The notes under the pieces: generated by a model
The model's database searches: none
The model's input: only the letters and a program-made list of their open reading frames with translations
Told to the model about the DNA's origin: nothing
Source of the DNA: Laetmonice hystrix
Taxonomy: Eukaryota
Reading direction: 5' to 3'
Assembly (NCBI GenBank): GCA_965235115.1
Contig: OZ249446.1
Span: 15,810,001 to 15,874,000, forward strand
Length of the DNA stretch: 64,000 bases
Made by a program: the position numbers and the translations under genes
Shown here: piece by piece, positions 11,709-24,293 of the stretch
Layout of the letters: each line of letters opens with the position of its first letter
Position numbering within the stretch: position 1 is the first letter of the stretch

Positions 11709-14700
11709 AATTATGAACTTATTCAGAGATGACCAGCTGTGCCTTAAGTCGAGGACACCAAAAGGGACCAGTATCTTAAGCAATAAAAGCCAAACAGGCC
11801 AATTATTTACTAATATTGAATTTTATGTAAGTAATAAATTATAATGATGAACTTTTCAATGTTATAACGATGTGATTCAGCCCTATAGACTAAACTAATG
11901 CAAAAGATACTGAACGGAACGCCATAAAAATGAAGAAAACACATATCCTACAAAGAATATAAGCAAGGGATACCTAGAGAATGGCAGACCGTGACTAGCC
12001 TCAAGTACGTCTGGCTAGACATTTGGGCTCTTACAGTGAAAACCGATTTGTTCAAATGGAGGGTCCACTCTCCACATAATAGAAATGGCATTCAGCATTT
12101 CCTAAAATCCTTACCCGCCTACCCCTTATTTTAATATCGCTTGCTAAGCCTTGCTGGGCCTTCAATTATAACACATGGATAAACGTGTGTATGGCATAAG
12201 TATAGCTCTACATTACATGCATAAGGATATAGCCATGTTTACAAGGTGGCTATCATTGTTTCTATTGATGTTTAGATCTGAGAGATCTGGCATAATAAAA
12301 AGGTGCTGATCACATAGGCCAATCGGCCGGGGTGTTCAGCCAGCACCAAGAAGGAATGTCCTGTAATTACCTCCGAGATTTCCCCCACAATCTCGCACGG
12401 TTGCCGTGTTATGACGGGATCCCTCGGGAACCAATTAAAACCAATGTCTGTTCCTACAAAGGCCTTAAGGTTCCGCGCCGCAAAGTGGTTTTCGCAGCCA
12501 CCTGGGGCGGCGGCCCCTTCATCTATTATGGTCCTCAAGTGTTACTTGTCGAGTTGCTCCTTTGTCGCTCGAGTGCCAAGGACAATACAGCGTGACAAAC
12601 AGATTTGTTGTTGGCCATTTGTGGCGTAGGGTTTGAACTCTGCGGTAAAGGAGTATTTTGCCTGCTTCATTTCGGCACAGCTAAAGAGAACTTTCCGGGG
12701 TTCAGATTTGTGTAAAGCAAGATCAGAAAGAAATGAGCATAGTTCATGGTTATCCCCAAATAACGTGCGACATTGAGGAAAGAGGAGTCAAAAGTTTATA
12801 ACGTACGTAGATTCATTCCTTAAAGGAAAGGTAAGGCACGATAACGTGCGGGACGTATTGAAAAATACTTAACCCTCTTATATGACAATAATCATCAGAT
12901 CTTATACCTTAAATTAGGAATATATATAATCGTTTTCCTTTGACTAATGACCAAAGACGATCAGCTTTGGAAAACATCCTGCATGCTTCGCAACAAATTA
13001 TACCTAAAACCAAGTAGGTATTCTATAGTTAATGCTGATTTTAGAATTTTTTTGCAGGTCTACATGTGCATGTTATTCTAATATAATACCAACTTTGTCT
13101 CTCTAAACTCAAGGATGTATAAAGAAGTTAGTGCGCCAAGCCTACAGGATATTAGATATCGATCGGCATAATCCCACTGGAGTCTCTTCCGTGTAACGTA
13201 GACTGTCGTATAGTTTTAAATAACTCTGTTCATCTACGTAATGCAGCTGCCAATGTATCATCTATATAAATACCATATTATAATTCCAAGCGTTTTTAGT
13301 ATCTTTTGCCTGTTGTTCTCTTTATAGCGTTTTGACTAGGGACAGTGTGTATAGAGTCTTGCGTGCCGCTTCCAATTAACATTATACGTACATTGTTTTG
13401 GAACAGGACGTGTATTTCAATCATGTCATAAGGGGGACAAGAAATCAAAGGAATGACAATTTTTATGAAAACTGACGCCATTGCCATGCATCATTGCTTT
13501 TCACCATGCAAAAAGGATAGACACGGAAGCCTGGGGTCGCATCCAGGGCAGAATTGTACGCGTTCAATATCTTTTGTTTTCATTTTGTTCAATTGGACAT
13601 TATGTAATGTAGAATGCGCCCGCATTTAGGAATGCTAGGACCTGCGGCAAGATGAACACGACAACAGGCCGTCGGCCTTCTCAGTATCGACATGGCGTGT
13701 CGCAATGATGAGGACTGCATGGGTGGGACTGGGTGGGACTGGGTGAGACTGGGTGGAGGTGCAGTCTTTCAGACGACCTACTACAACCTCTGTCTGACTT
13801 TGGTATAGATCAACATCATTGTAATACGTGTAAGACCGTTTCAAAGTGATGCAACAATATACAAAATACATAAAACACGCATCAACTATCGTATTCATTA
13901 CTGAACATGACATTATTAACAACGGAAACATCATCAGATATCACAATAGCATCATTATTATCTGTAAATAAAATAGGGAGGACCGTAACTGGGGCATCCA
14001 GCCGGTAACAATGTCCAATGCATCAAATTGTCAAAATATTGCCAACAAATACTACAATTTGTAATGACAACATTATTGTTCGCTTGATAATTTTACTCAG
14101 TGGCATTGTGTGTCGATATTGTTAAAAGAAGCATATGTTTTGTTATGTTTATGGTTTGGCGTATTATTTCGTCGAGTTATGACGAATAGAGTCATGATGA
14201 CACAACCTTGTCGTAAACAAAGTAAATGTGCTATAAAGATAACTCATCATCGCGACATACAATGTAGCATTGACCCCTCAACATGCTTTATATCACCCAG
14301 AAAAGACAGCTGACCAACAAAGCAGAACTTAAACAGCTTTTGATGTGCAGCATCCAAAAATGGGGACAAACGAACACGTGGCCACAAAAACGGTTATGCA
14401 ACACTAATTTTGAAAGCATGTAGTGCGAACTATAAACATGTTCCATCGCCTAGCTACAGCCGCCATAACCAACATCAAAGGCATGTCTAGACTCTAAGGA
14501 TTTATGGGAACGTGTAACTCACACCAACTTTTTGTACATTTGCCACAATTTCATAGTAAACGCGCATCAAAAAGCCGCAATTCGCCATTTTTCTCTACCA
14601 GCAGGATTTTCCAGCAGAAGCCGCTTCGAGGCTAGCCACGTGTCGGCTGCGACATTGATAATGAGGCTGAATGGTTGAGGCAGACGACATCAAGCCACAT

Positions 14701-16035
14701 TTTGCCGTAACAAAGCCAGTATTCAGCCAGGCGGAAACAGGCGGCTGCCGCGAGGGGGCGTGACGGCACAAGGCATGGTATATGGCGACCCGTGACGCCT
14801 GGAAGGCGGTGCTCTGCCTAATTTTGCTGGGCCTCAATACCTCACTGGGAGAGGTAGAATGTCGTGAAACTAAACAAGCTCACGACCCATGCGATCAATG
14901 GCGCCCCCTGTGTCGATAATAAGCAGTTGAGCACGAAGCCTAATGACACCCTGGTAACACATTGCCGTCACTACGATCAGATACTAAGCTCTTAATGAAG
15001 CTTCAGAATGAGTAAGCTGTAGACCCAATGGACTTGTGAACAGCTCAAAGATGCTTGACGCACCAAAACGGGATGCTTTTCAACCCAGGACTCAGGTTTG
15101 GGGGGGGGGGGCATTTTGATACATCTTTGTTGGGATGACGACCCCCCCCCCCCCCCCCACCATATGATTTTAAAGCTGTGGGTCCTTCGTTCAACCCGTT
15201 GCAGATATTTGGGGCCTCGTACAATTTACATGAGACTTTGGTCTTTAGAAAATATTCTTGATCGTTTGAGTCGGGAACCGTAAATCGTCGGGTTCCCAAG
15301 CAAAATATATCTTATATAACTGTGCCATATATTTCAGACGCCCTAGACCTTCAATATTTGTTAAAAGGCGCACAAATGAACTGCCATCCAGCCAAACTAT
15401 TAATTATTTATTTTATTTATTTGTTTCTTAATTTTGTCAAATACTAACAACGAATAGTCAATGCTACATAAAAGAAGAGTCAAGATTGACCCGAGGGTCG
15501 ATTAATGTACCTTATACAATAACACCGACGAACTCCAAAATGATATTTCAATTAACCCAATTTTAATTTCCTTTTTCTAATAGAAATTGAAACTCTAGTC
15601 AGAAAATCCCCACGCAAGTCGCGCGTCGTTTAAACCCTTATCCATTAGATATAAAATATTGGTTGCCGTTTTACGCATTGTTGTGACAGCAAGGGCCCAT
15701 TCAGTTCGACAATACCACTTTGTTGCCCTATTTTATACGTTCAATGGTTCCCGTTATCGGTCAGATTTTTATCTTCATCAAGTGCAGGTGAACGTTCTGC
15801 CAAACGCTGGCGTCACGCAAACAGGGGTTCGCCCAACCCGAAACTCGATACTTTCAATATGTATCAATGGGCGGTGGTATTCGATTGGCTCTAATCGTTT
15901 GATTCGGTTTGCCACGCCTTCCCAAGCCTGCCCCTGTGACGTGTAGGCCTATATATGGCAGGGAGGACACGTGTGTGTTCAAGGGAGCGTGAAATGCGCG
16001 TGCGTCCCATTGCTATGGGTGCTTACCTGTCTGGT

Positions 16036-16041
16036 TATAAA
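16036..16041 (+). promoter_or_regulatory. Candidate TATA box of Fer3-like copy 2
   Basis: TATAAA(G) ~330 bp upstream of the ATG at 16368, amid E-boxes (CACGTG, CATATG, CAGCTG). Confidence 0.45.
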
Positions 16042-16367
16042 GAGAAGTGACTTGAAGGTGGCCCTCATATGTTACCGTGGTCCCATCAAAGTTACATCAC
16101 GGGAAAACGCTGGAAACGTATACGGATAGTGACACGGTGACCAGCTGTTGTAGGGAAAACGCTTCACTTTCGCTGTATTGCCTCACAGTGTATATGTGAC
16201 ATTGCCAACGATGCTGCAGTTCAACAAGCAGTAGGACTGGGGACATCTTCTACCATCATCTGACATTTACCAACAACAAGTTGTCATTCCAAAGGTGATC
16301 TGGAGATTACGAACACATAGAGGTCGTCTGACGTCGCGACGACAATCACAAGACCTGCAGCTCCAAA

Positions 16368-17246
16368 ATGTTCTGTGACTATTCCACAGCCTCGGACACA
16401 TACCCACAAGACCATTCTGTCTATGAACAAGGATTCTACCACAACGGCAACAGCAGCATTAGCCAAGGTAATGACAATTCTCATTGCGTTCAATACTCGC
16501 CATCATACAGTGACAATTCCACAGGACAATTCTCAGACGGGTCCTCATGTCAAGGACAGTCAGTGATGGATATTTTCGACTACGATCCGTCACATGCCTA
16601 TGCCAAGCGCCTTCGGGAGTACTTCGATGACGCGCCCTGCTCACCAGGCCTGCGCTCCGAAGATTCTTGCTCTCCTGTGTCCTACACGGGGGGTTGGGTA
16701 GGGGGTAGAAAACCGGACCTTGAAGAAGGACCCTCCATGCCCACTTCATTCCCACCTGCGCTGCGTTCGTACGCTTCTCAACCTGAGGCATACTCTTACA
16801 ACTCCCACCCAGCCACTGACCGCCTCGCACCTGCTGCTCCGGCCGGCTGCCAACTGGACACCTTCACACAGATGACATTATCAAATGCTTTCTCTTCTTA
16901 CCCGCATCCATACAACGTTACACCACAAACGGCACTTCACAACTCCAATGGTAAACCGAAACGGAAACGAATTATCAACAAGGAACAGCGCAAGGCGGCC
17001 AACGTGCGAGAAAGGCATCGAATGACCAGCCTCAACAACGCCTTCGATGGGCTCCGCAAACGCGTTCCAACCTTCTCCTACGAAAAGAAGTTGTCGAGGA
17101 TTGAAACCCTCAAACTCGCCATTACCTACATTCACTTCATGACAGACGTGCTGAAGGGGGAAGATGGGTTCTCCTCTGATAACAGTGACTTTGATAAGAG
17201 TTCTCAAATCGCAAGGACTGCTGTATCCGATGGTAAAATATTATAA
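16368..17246 (+). CDS. Fer3-like bHLH transcription factor, copy 2; single exon, 292 aa
   Basis: [67 protein letters not shown], preceded by a Ser/Tyr/Pro-rich N-terminus. Confidence 0.92.
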   Translation: MFCDYSTASDTYPQDHSVYEQGFYHNGNSSISQGNDNSHCVQYSPSYSDNSTGQFSDGSSCQGQSVMDIFDYDPSHAYAKRLREYFDDAPCSPGLRSEDSCSPVSYTGGWVGGRKPDLEEGPSMPTSFPPALRSYASQPEAYSYNSHPATDRLAPAAPAGCQLDTFTQMTLSNAFSSYPHPYNVTPQTALHNSNGKPKRKRIINKEQRKAANVRERHRMTSLNNAFDGLRKRVPTFSYEKKLSRIETLKLAITYIHFMTDVLKGEDGFSSDNSDFDKSSQIARTAVSDGKIL

Positions 17247-17647
17247 ACATACACTCTCAAACGTACAGACTGTTTCATCATATCACAATCAACTCATCTA
17301 CATTTCTCTCAGTTATAAAATGTGTTATCAGAAATATAACGGTGGTACTGCATGAGAGTATACACATTTATATATAGTGTACATATATTTATAGGTCTAT
17401 ACCTCCTTTACAAGGCATTATAAAGTTGTGTATCAAGTCTACAGGAATACAATATTTATATTCCCTTTGACTATATTGATACATTTTCACAGAGACAATA
17501 CCTCATTTGAGGATGAGAACTCGCACATCAGTGTTGTGAGTGAACAATTTTGTTATATATGTTATTAACATTTGTATCTTTTTGCTGGCATGATTAACTG
17601 CATAGTCAGCTATCTTGATGATGATTAAAGTTGTAATGGTGAAAGCC

Positions 17648-17801
17648 ATATCATTATTTGATACCTTTTCATTGTTGTATTCTACCATATTCCGAAGCAA
17701 GTATATCAAAAGATAGATACGTAGCAATATCATTATTTGATAACTTTTCAAGTTTGTATTCTACAATATTCCGAAGGAAATATCAAAAGATAGATAAGTA
17801 G
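17648..17801. repeat. Imperfect tandem duplication of ~78 bp
   Basis: atatcattatttgata...aaagatagata.gtag occurs twice in succession. Confidence 0.8.
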
Positions 17802-18605
17802 ATCTAGCCATCTCCTGTATACCAGTAAGTAGTTACTTATATCTCTACATCCACCCAGACGGATACACATACATAAACATCCCGGCTTGCTCACCACATA
17901 TACATTATGACAGACTTGGCGGCAGAAATAATGATTAACAATATTATTACATAATGCACAGTCATGCATATCTACATGTCAGGACATAGGCAGGCACACA
18001 TGAATACACAAACATAGTAACATTATTGTCAGACTATATAGTGAAAACAAAACAAAGTATTCTCTTTCCCATACGCTCCTTCTCAAACAGATACTCAGTC
18101 AGCATGCACAGAACATACGCATGCAGACGATAAAGTCGTCGTGTTAGATTGAGGGCATAGAGAACCTAAATCAAAGCTCAGTATTATACATGCACGCAAT
18201 GCTGTGTTGTTTTCTGTATGAGGGGTTCATTGTGACATTAATGAACAAATGGAAGCAGTACGACCGCAGATACAACCATCCACCCACAACGGAAATAATT
18301 AGATAATGACATGTTGAACGTATGGGTTTGTAGCAGGTACCTGCAACGGGTCATTTTGAGGGACATGTACATCAGAGTATTGACACGATAACGGATTGTT
18401 TTTATTTTAACAGGAGGTCCGACCGACCTAGGGTCACATGTCAGCCGCAAGACTTTTCAACCGCGCGTAATTGGGGTTCAAGAAAAAAAAGGCAGTTGGC
18501 TATCTTCTATTGTAAAGCTTTATAGTATTAATTGAATCGGTAGGCTATGTGGGCAAGCGTAAGAGAAGACACGCAAAGGACTAATACAGCGCAAATGGCA
18601 TGCAG

Positions 18606-18629
18606 CTCTCTCTCTCTCTCTCTCTCTCT
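18606..18629. repeat. (CT)12 microsatellite
   Basis: Read directly. Confidence 0.95.
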
Positions 18630-21556
18630 AAAATATAGGCTTTGGCATACTCTTCAAAGGTTAGATTATAGGCCTACCGCATGTACTTTTTAAAATCGTG
18701 TATTTTGTTTGGTATATACATCTGAAACTGCTCTAGAAAATCCCCTTTCCTTGAATTCTGTTTAGCCACCACCGCATTGGAACATTCCGTGGACAAGATA
18801 ACGCACTCACACAGACATGCGCTATAAGAGCACCCGCCACCTCCCCCCATGTGTGACTGTCACGGTTCGTTGACCCTGAAACCCCTCAGAGTTGTTGTCA
18901 GCCCTGGGCTATAATTTGTGGATTTATCCTTCACTTCTTGTCGCTTCATTTAACGTGTTAACCTCAAATGCACGCGTACTAAACTCCCGGAGCATTTATT
19001 TTCCCGGCGTAAATTAAAACTTATTGTGCAACCCTCGTGCAATCTAAAAGTCAAATTTTCCAGAAGACAGGCAGGTTTTTCTATTATTCCGATCTTCATA
19101 TTGACAGCAGGTGCAGGCCACATTGATCCATTTCTTTGTTACATACAGGATAACCGGCAGTGGGGAAAAATTGGCGCATAATTTAGTGTGTCGTTAAACA
19201 CAATATTAGGGGAAACTCTGAGTGGTTCGCCCTTAGTGACTCCGCAGGGTGAGTAATTTCTCATGTCACTCAGTATATAATTAATTACTGGCTAATTTCT
19301 GGAAAATCTCAGGTCCATTCATCTGGCTAGATATTATAAGAGATAATGTCGTGAAGTTAACTAGTGACAGGGTGCATGGAGTTTCAAGAGTTATGCGGAC
19401 AGGAATAGATCGATGAACTAGGCAGACAAGAATCGTATCCATCCGAACCACTGTACACCATAGTCACAATGGTTACGCTTTATTTGAACTTTTTATTTGA
19501 TATTTGATATATTGTTGACGATCAAGTGAGATAATCTATGACTGTGATATAGATGCAACATGTCGACTTCATTGAGATATATACTACCGAACATGCAGGT
19601 ATATTGCCTGTATACAAGTATATGGTGCATTTCATAGTTATGCATACAAAACATTATAAATATATCCACGCACACAATACATAAAGTGTATTTTATATCA
19701 AAACACTATTTGATAATATTTGGGGCCAATGTAAAACGTATTATTGAAAATTATTTTAAGTTCCACATTAAGGGCACAATATATTTACGGTACTAACCCC
19801 CATTCCATGTCCTATAGGATTTAGATTGAACACTCATTTTCTAAATCATTCATATTTGACAATGGGGATAAGGACTCAAATAAACCACGCATTCGTATTT
19901 AAAGGATATGAATTGTCCCAACGAAACAAAGTTTGAGCTAATTGTATGTACCTGCTTTACTAACAGGCACTGAGCGAACCTACTGTGGGCCCATTGAAAT
20001 GGAGTTTTTATGTGTTTTCATGGTAAAAGAATAGGTAAGTGGTTGGTGAATAGGACAAGATAAAAGAATGAAGCGATTCAACTGGACAACAAGTTGCGTA
20101 CTCAGTGAGCGTTCCGGACTGCAGGTTATACTCACATGACACGCCACCCCTTTCAAACTCAACGCGGCCAATTCAAATTCTTGATCATTTTGGGGAAACA
20201 TAATTATATTTCATTTAAATATTTAAATATATTTAAAGTGGGCCGACTATTTAGTGGTCTGTCCAACACATGAACCAGCGGAACTACGTGTCATTTCAGG
20301 AAGAAGGAGCAGAAGCAGAAGAAGAAAATATTTAAACATTTTTGTGTATTTTTATTGTGTATAGTTGGGCATTAGAGAATACGAAGTATCACCACGCTCT
20401 TTGCTATCACAAAGATGGTTGTTACTGATATGAAGTTATGTGTTGGGATGCATAGACATCATAGCTATCACATTTCATTTTCATATTTTAGGATACATAA
20501 CATAAAAGGGCTACTTAGTCATTGCGTATATAACGCACGGCATAGAACGTTCATTCTATTATACGTGTGGCAAAGAAGGTAAAAACTTAATGTGTGCTAT
20601 ATCCTCCAATAGTATTATATTAGAATTTTAATTTCATCCAAAATAACGATTGTATTCTCTTTTTCTGTATAGACCCAATTAATAATATGAAATAATGCTC
20701 GCATCATTGTAATGCAATTATACGGCCACTAATATACGCTGACAACAGTTACTATTATACGAAGACTGCTTATACTGCACTTAGAAGACTGTCCTTCATA
20801 CGGCATAATACAACCTGCTGCATGCATGAATAAGAACAACTATGGATGCTGAAATAGTGAACGTAACAACAATGGCAGTAATAATGACCAGAAAAATAAG
20901 CATCATTATTCCAAAAATATAGTAACACATTTTTAACGTCTACACAGGGCCTGTTTTATGCATTTTACATGGGACACCACGAGTCTATTGCTACAGAGTC
21001 TGAAGCCAGGAGCAGCTAAGCAGGATTATACAATAACTTGAATTGGTCACTGGCATTGCCAAGTCCATGGACCCGCATCAAAATTAAAATTGACACTTCT
21101 GAATTTTTGAGCGGTTCCCTGACCTCCCCCCCCCCCCGACACGAACGCGCACCATAACAGTTCACTACAATATGAAATCCCCCGAAGCGCTCTTGTTACA
21201 TAATACACTCATGTACTTGTGCGCTGTAATTACACTATTTCACATACATGTATAAAGCAATATGTCACCGACTTTTCCGACACCAAGAAAGTAGGTTGGC
21301 TGAATCATCACTTTGTTAAAATGATAGCATGGCAATAGGCATGGATTTCTAGATCAATGTGTAAGCAAGGCACGTTCCGTTTGCGCTATATACACCAAAA
21401 ATAACTTAATACGTATTTAATGAGATAAATATATCTTTGAATCTTCATCTGAAGTCATTGAAGCGCATCATCAGCTACAATATGTATAGGCAGCTAACAC
21501 CGAAGTTTTATACATCTATGAACTTAAATGGGAAAACACTTACGGGACACTTCATT

Positions 21557-21631
21557 TTACGGTATCACACTGGATAAATATAGTGGAATGTATTCATCTT
21601 ACGGTATATCACACTGGATAAATATAGTGGA
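21557..21631. repeat. ~42 bp tandem duplication downstream of Fer3-like copy 3
   Basis: ttacggtat(at)cacactggataaatatagtgga occurs twice. Confidence 0.8.
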
Positions 21632-21677
21632 GAGTATTGCCACCTAAACATTTATATCATCTTTGATAGCTGTCAGA

Positions 21678-22319
21678 TTATGTTACTTGGGTCGACAGAA
21701 ACTCCGCGTCTCTGTGAGAGTTCTCACTCATTCCCCTCGCCATGCGACCGTTTTTCTTCACTCCGTAACTTGGCAATCGACCTGAGAACAGTTTCACTTC
21801 CTTGGGGTTCGCACCATTAAGAATATCCGTCATAAAAGCTATGTAAATTAAGGCAAGGCGCAGGGTCTCGATTCGGGACAGTTTCTTTTCGTAGGAAAAT
21901 GTCGGAAGGCTATTCCGCAAGAGATCGAAAGATTCGTTCAAGTTGAGCATGCGTCGTCTTTCGCGGACGTTGGCTGCCTTTCGTTGGTCGAAAGATATGA
22001 TTCGTTTACGTTTCGGTGGTTTTCTCTGGGTCTGTCGGAGTTCTGGCCCTGATGTACCGAGTACTCCTCCACTGCCCGTTGCCATGGTGTTCATCGGGTA
22101 TTCGTAATTTTGAGTTACTGCCGAGTTAAACGTCACATTTCCATGGGCCGCGTAGTCTCGGTGAACCCCGTTTTGGGCGGCATCGTGCGAGAATATTGTG
22201 GATGACGTCATACGGTTGTTGTAGTCAGACGTTGCCGTGTTGATGTCCTGGTGTGACGTGTACATTGCTAATGAGTAGGGCGGCGACACGCCTTCTTGTT
22301 TCTCCAAGTAACCAGGCAT
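21678..22319 (-). CDS. Fer3-like bHLH transcription factor, copy 3; single exon, 213 aa
   Basis: [66 protein letters not shown]. Confidence 0.92.
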   Translation of the reverse strand: MPGYLEKQEGVSPPYSLAMYTSHQDINTATSDYNNRMTSSTIFSHDAAQNGVHRDYAAHGNVTFNSAVTQNYEYPMNTMATGSGGVLGTSGPELRQTQRKPPKRKRIISFDQRKAANVRERRRMLNLNESFDLLRNSLPTFSYEKKLSRIETLRLALIYIAFMTDILNGANPKEVKLFSGRLPSYGVKKNGRMARGMSENSHRDAEFLSTQVT

Positions 22320-22438
22320 CGTTCAACCGGGAACGCATAAAGAGATGAACCTTAATGGCACACGACACCGCTAACTTCCTCCTCAGTGTTCGGCCAGTCT
22401 GTTGGTGTCACAGTGTTGATGAATGAAAAGTTTCCGAA

Positions 22439-22522
22439 TAATGTGTCAGTCTCCACAAATCCTGGATCATCCCTCTACTATAATGTGTCAGTCTCCACAA
22501 ATCCTGGATCATCCCTCTACTA
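22439..22522. repeat. Perfect 2 x 42 bp tandem duplication ~120 bp upstream of the copy 3 ATG
   Basis: taatgtgtcagtctccacaaatcctggatcatccctctacta twice. Confidence 0.9.
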
Positions 22523-24118
22523 TGAGACTATTAAACTATTGGTAGTAAATCCAACAACGTCAAAGAACGTATAAATGTCACATGGTCACCGCTGAGGACA
22601 ACAAGTATTGTTATGTCCATGGCGTCCCTGCACTTAATACACAAGTATATTTAGGTTGATTCGATGTCTCGTGAGCTGGTATCCTATGTTTCGGATAGAC
22701 ATGGTAGTGCGCAGTGTCTAAATGTAAAATATTTTACCGGTATATTCATGTATTCATATATATGACTGCGCCATGTGTTACGATGCTGGTGGCAGGCATT
22801 GTTGGGTAGAGTACCGCTCAGTTGTCAATGTTATCATGTAAAGTAAGTGTGCCATTCGCCAGGAACGACTGAGTGGTAAAAGGCAACAGCTTGCAGGCAC
22901 CTGTGGGTCCTCTCTTGTCTGAGCTATACATGACTGGCACCATACCGCCCGCCCCAGGTGATTCGATTAGTAATCCAACAGGTAAAGATAATACAAGAGA
23001 TGTGGAGTACAGCCCTTGGCCGCACGCACTGTTTCCATATACCCTCGATTCGATATGAAAGTATCTATGGTTTAATGGGTATATACCAAACCAATAAAGG
23101 AAGAAGTGCTTATGTCTATAATTCCATACATCCTATAGATGTGGCATTTGACTCCCACCTTCCCACATAATAACCGTGCACTTTACTGTCCTATACTCAT
23201 ACAGTACATCATGCAGCCATACTCTAGTATATCATAGGTCCCTCATATGGGCGGGAGTTTGTATATGTAATGGGGTGCGGTCGGTAGATCGCATGGACTA
23301 TAATAGACTCAAAGTGTTTATTATTAGTCTGAGTGACGTTTTCTTACGGTGGTTCCCTCCTTAAAATACACCAGTCCGTTTGGACTTATCGGAGTCCAGA
23401 CCTACCCCCAACAAGGTCTCCCTTAAATGTGCCTTTGAAACTATGGGGGGGAGGGAGCCCATAGTTTCGGGGCGGATTCAAGAATTTTGGAAGGGGGCGC
23501 TGGAAAAGGCGGGATGGGCCTCCTTCGCTATCGTCAAAATACGCCAATAAAGGCCATCTTAAATACATTTGTCAGCAATAAGGAGGGAGCACGCCGCACG
23601 CCCGTCATTTATCCGCCAGTGCAATCTTAATACTTTAAAATATGAATATGAACCGACATGGAATGGACTTATCCACAAGTTTGTGGGCCTGTCTTACGGT
23701 AGGTCCGACACTCTGGAACCTTCATATGCACTTGCGCACCCCCTGGCGGTAGTGAGGAGAACGAACTCTTCAGTGATTTGATGGACGATGTTGGTGGTCG
23801 ACAGGAGGGAAAGAGTATTGATATATTATGCGAGAGAAGAAAAGGGCTTGGCTTACACGAGAATGAATGACAAATGTTGTTCACAACATATTTTATTTAA
23901 CTAGCATTACTGTTGAGGCAAATAAATACCAGAAGTCAAAATTTAAAAAGAAATCAAAGTAAATTTATAATATAGTGATAATATTTTAACAGATTGCAGC
24001 GTTTCACGCTTACGGTTGGTTATTAAGTAGAATTTTGGCCATTGGAAGCCCTACCTCTGGCGAACAAAAGCTAAAAAACTCATCCTAAACGAAAAGGTCA
24101 GGAGCTCCCAGTATAAAG

Positions 24119-24293
24119 TCACTCTAGAGTGCTCTGAACCTAGGATGAAATCACTCTAGAGTGTTCTGAACCTAGGATGAAATCACTCTAGAGTGTTCTG
24201 AACCTAGGATGAAATCACTCTAGAGTGTTCTGAACCTAGGACTAGAGCACTCTATAGAGTGTTCTGATCCTAGGATGATATCACTCTAGAGTG
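24119..24293. repeat. 32-bp minisatellite (~5.5 copies) with internal palindromes
   Basis: Unit tcactctagagtgttctgaacctaggatgaaa contains CACTCTAGAGTG and CCTAGG. Confidence 0.9.

Noticed and set aside
10823-11844. Cys-rich repeat proteins from six ORFs
   Set aside because: Explained by a stop-free 23-bp minisatellite; there is no signal peptide, splice context or frame preference.
24119-24293. CRISPR array
   Set aside because: The repeats are head-to-tail with no unique spacers, the context is eukaryotic, and there are no cas genes.
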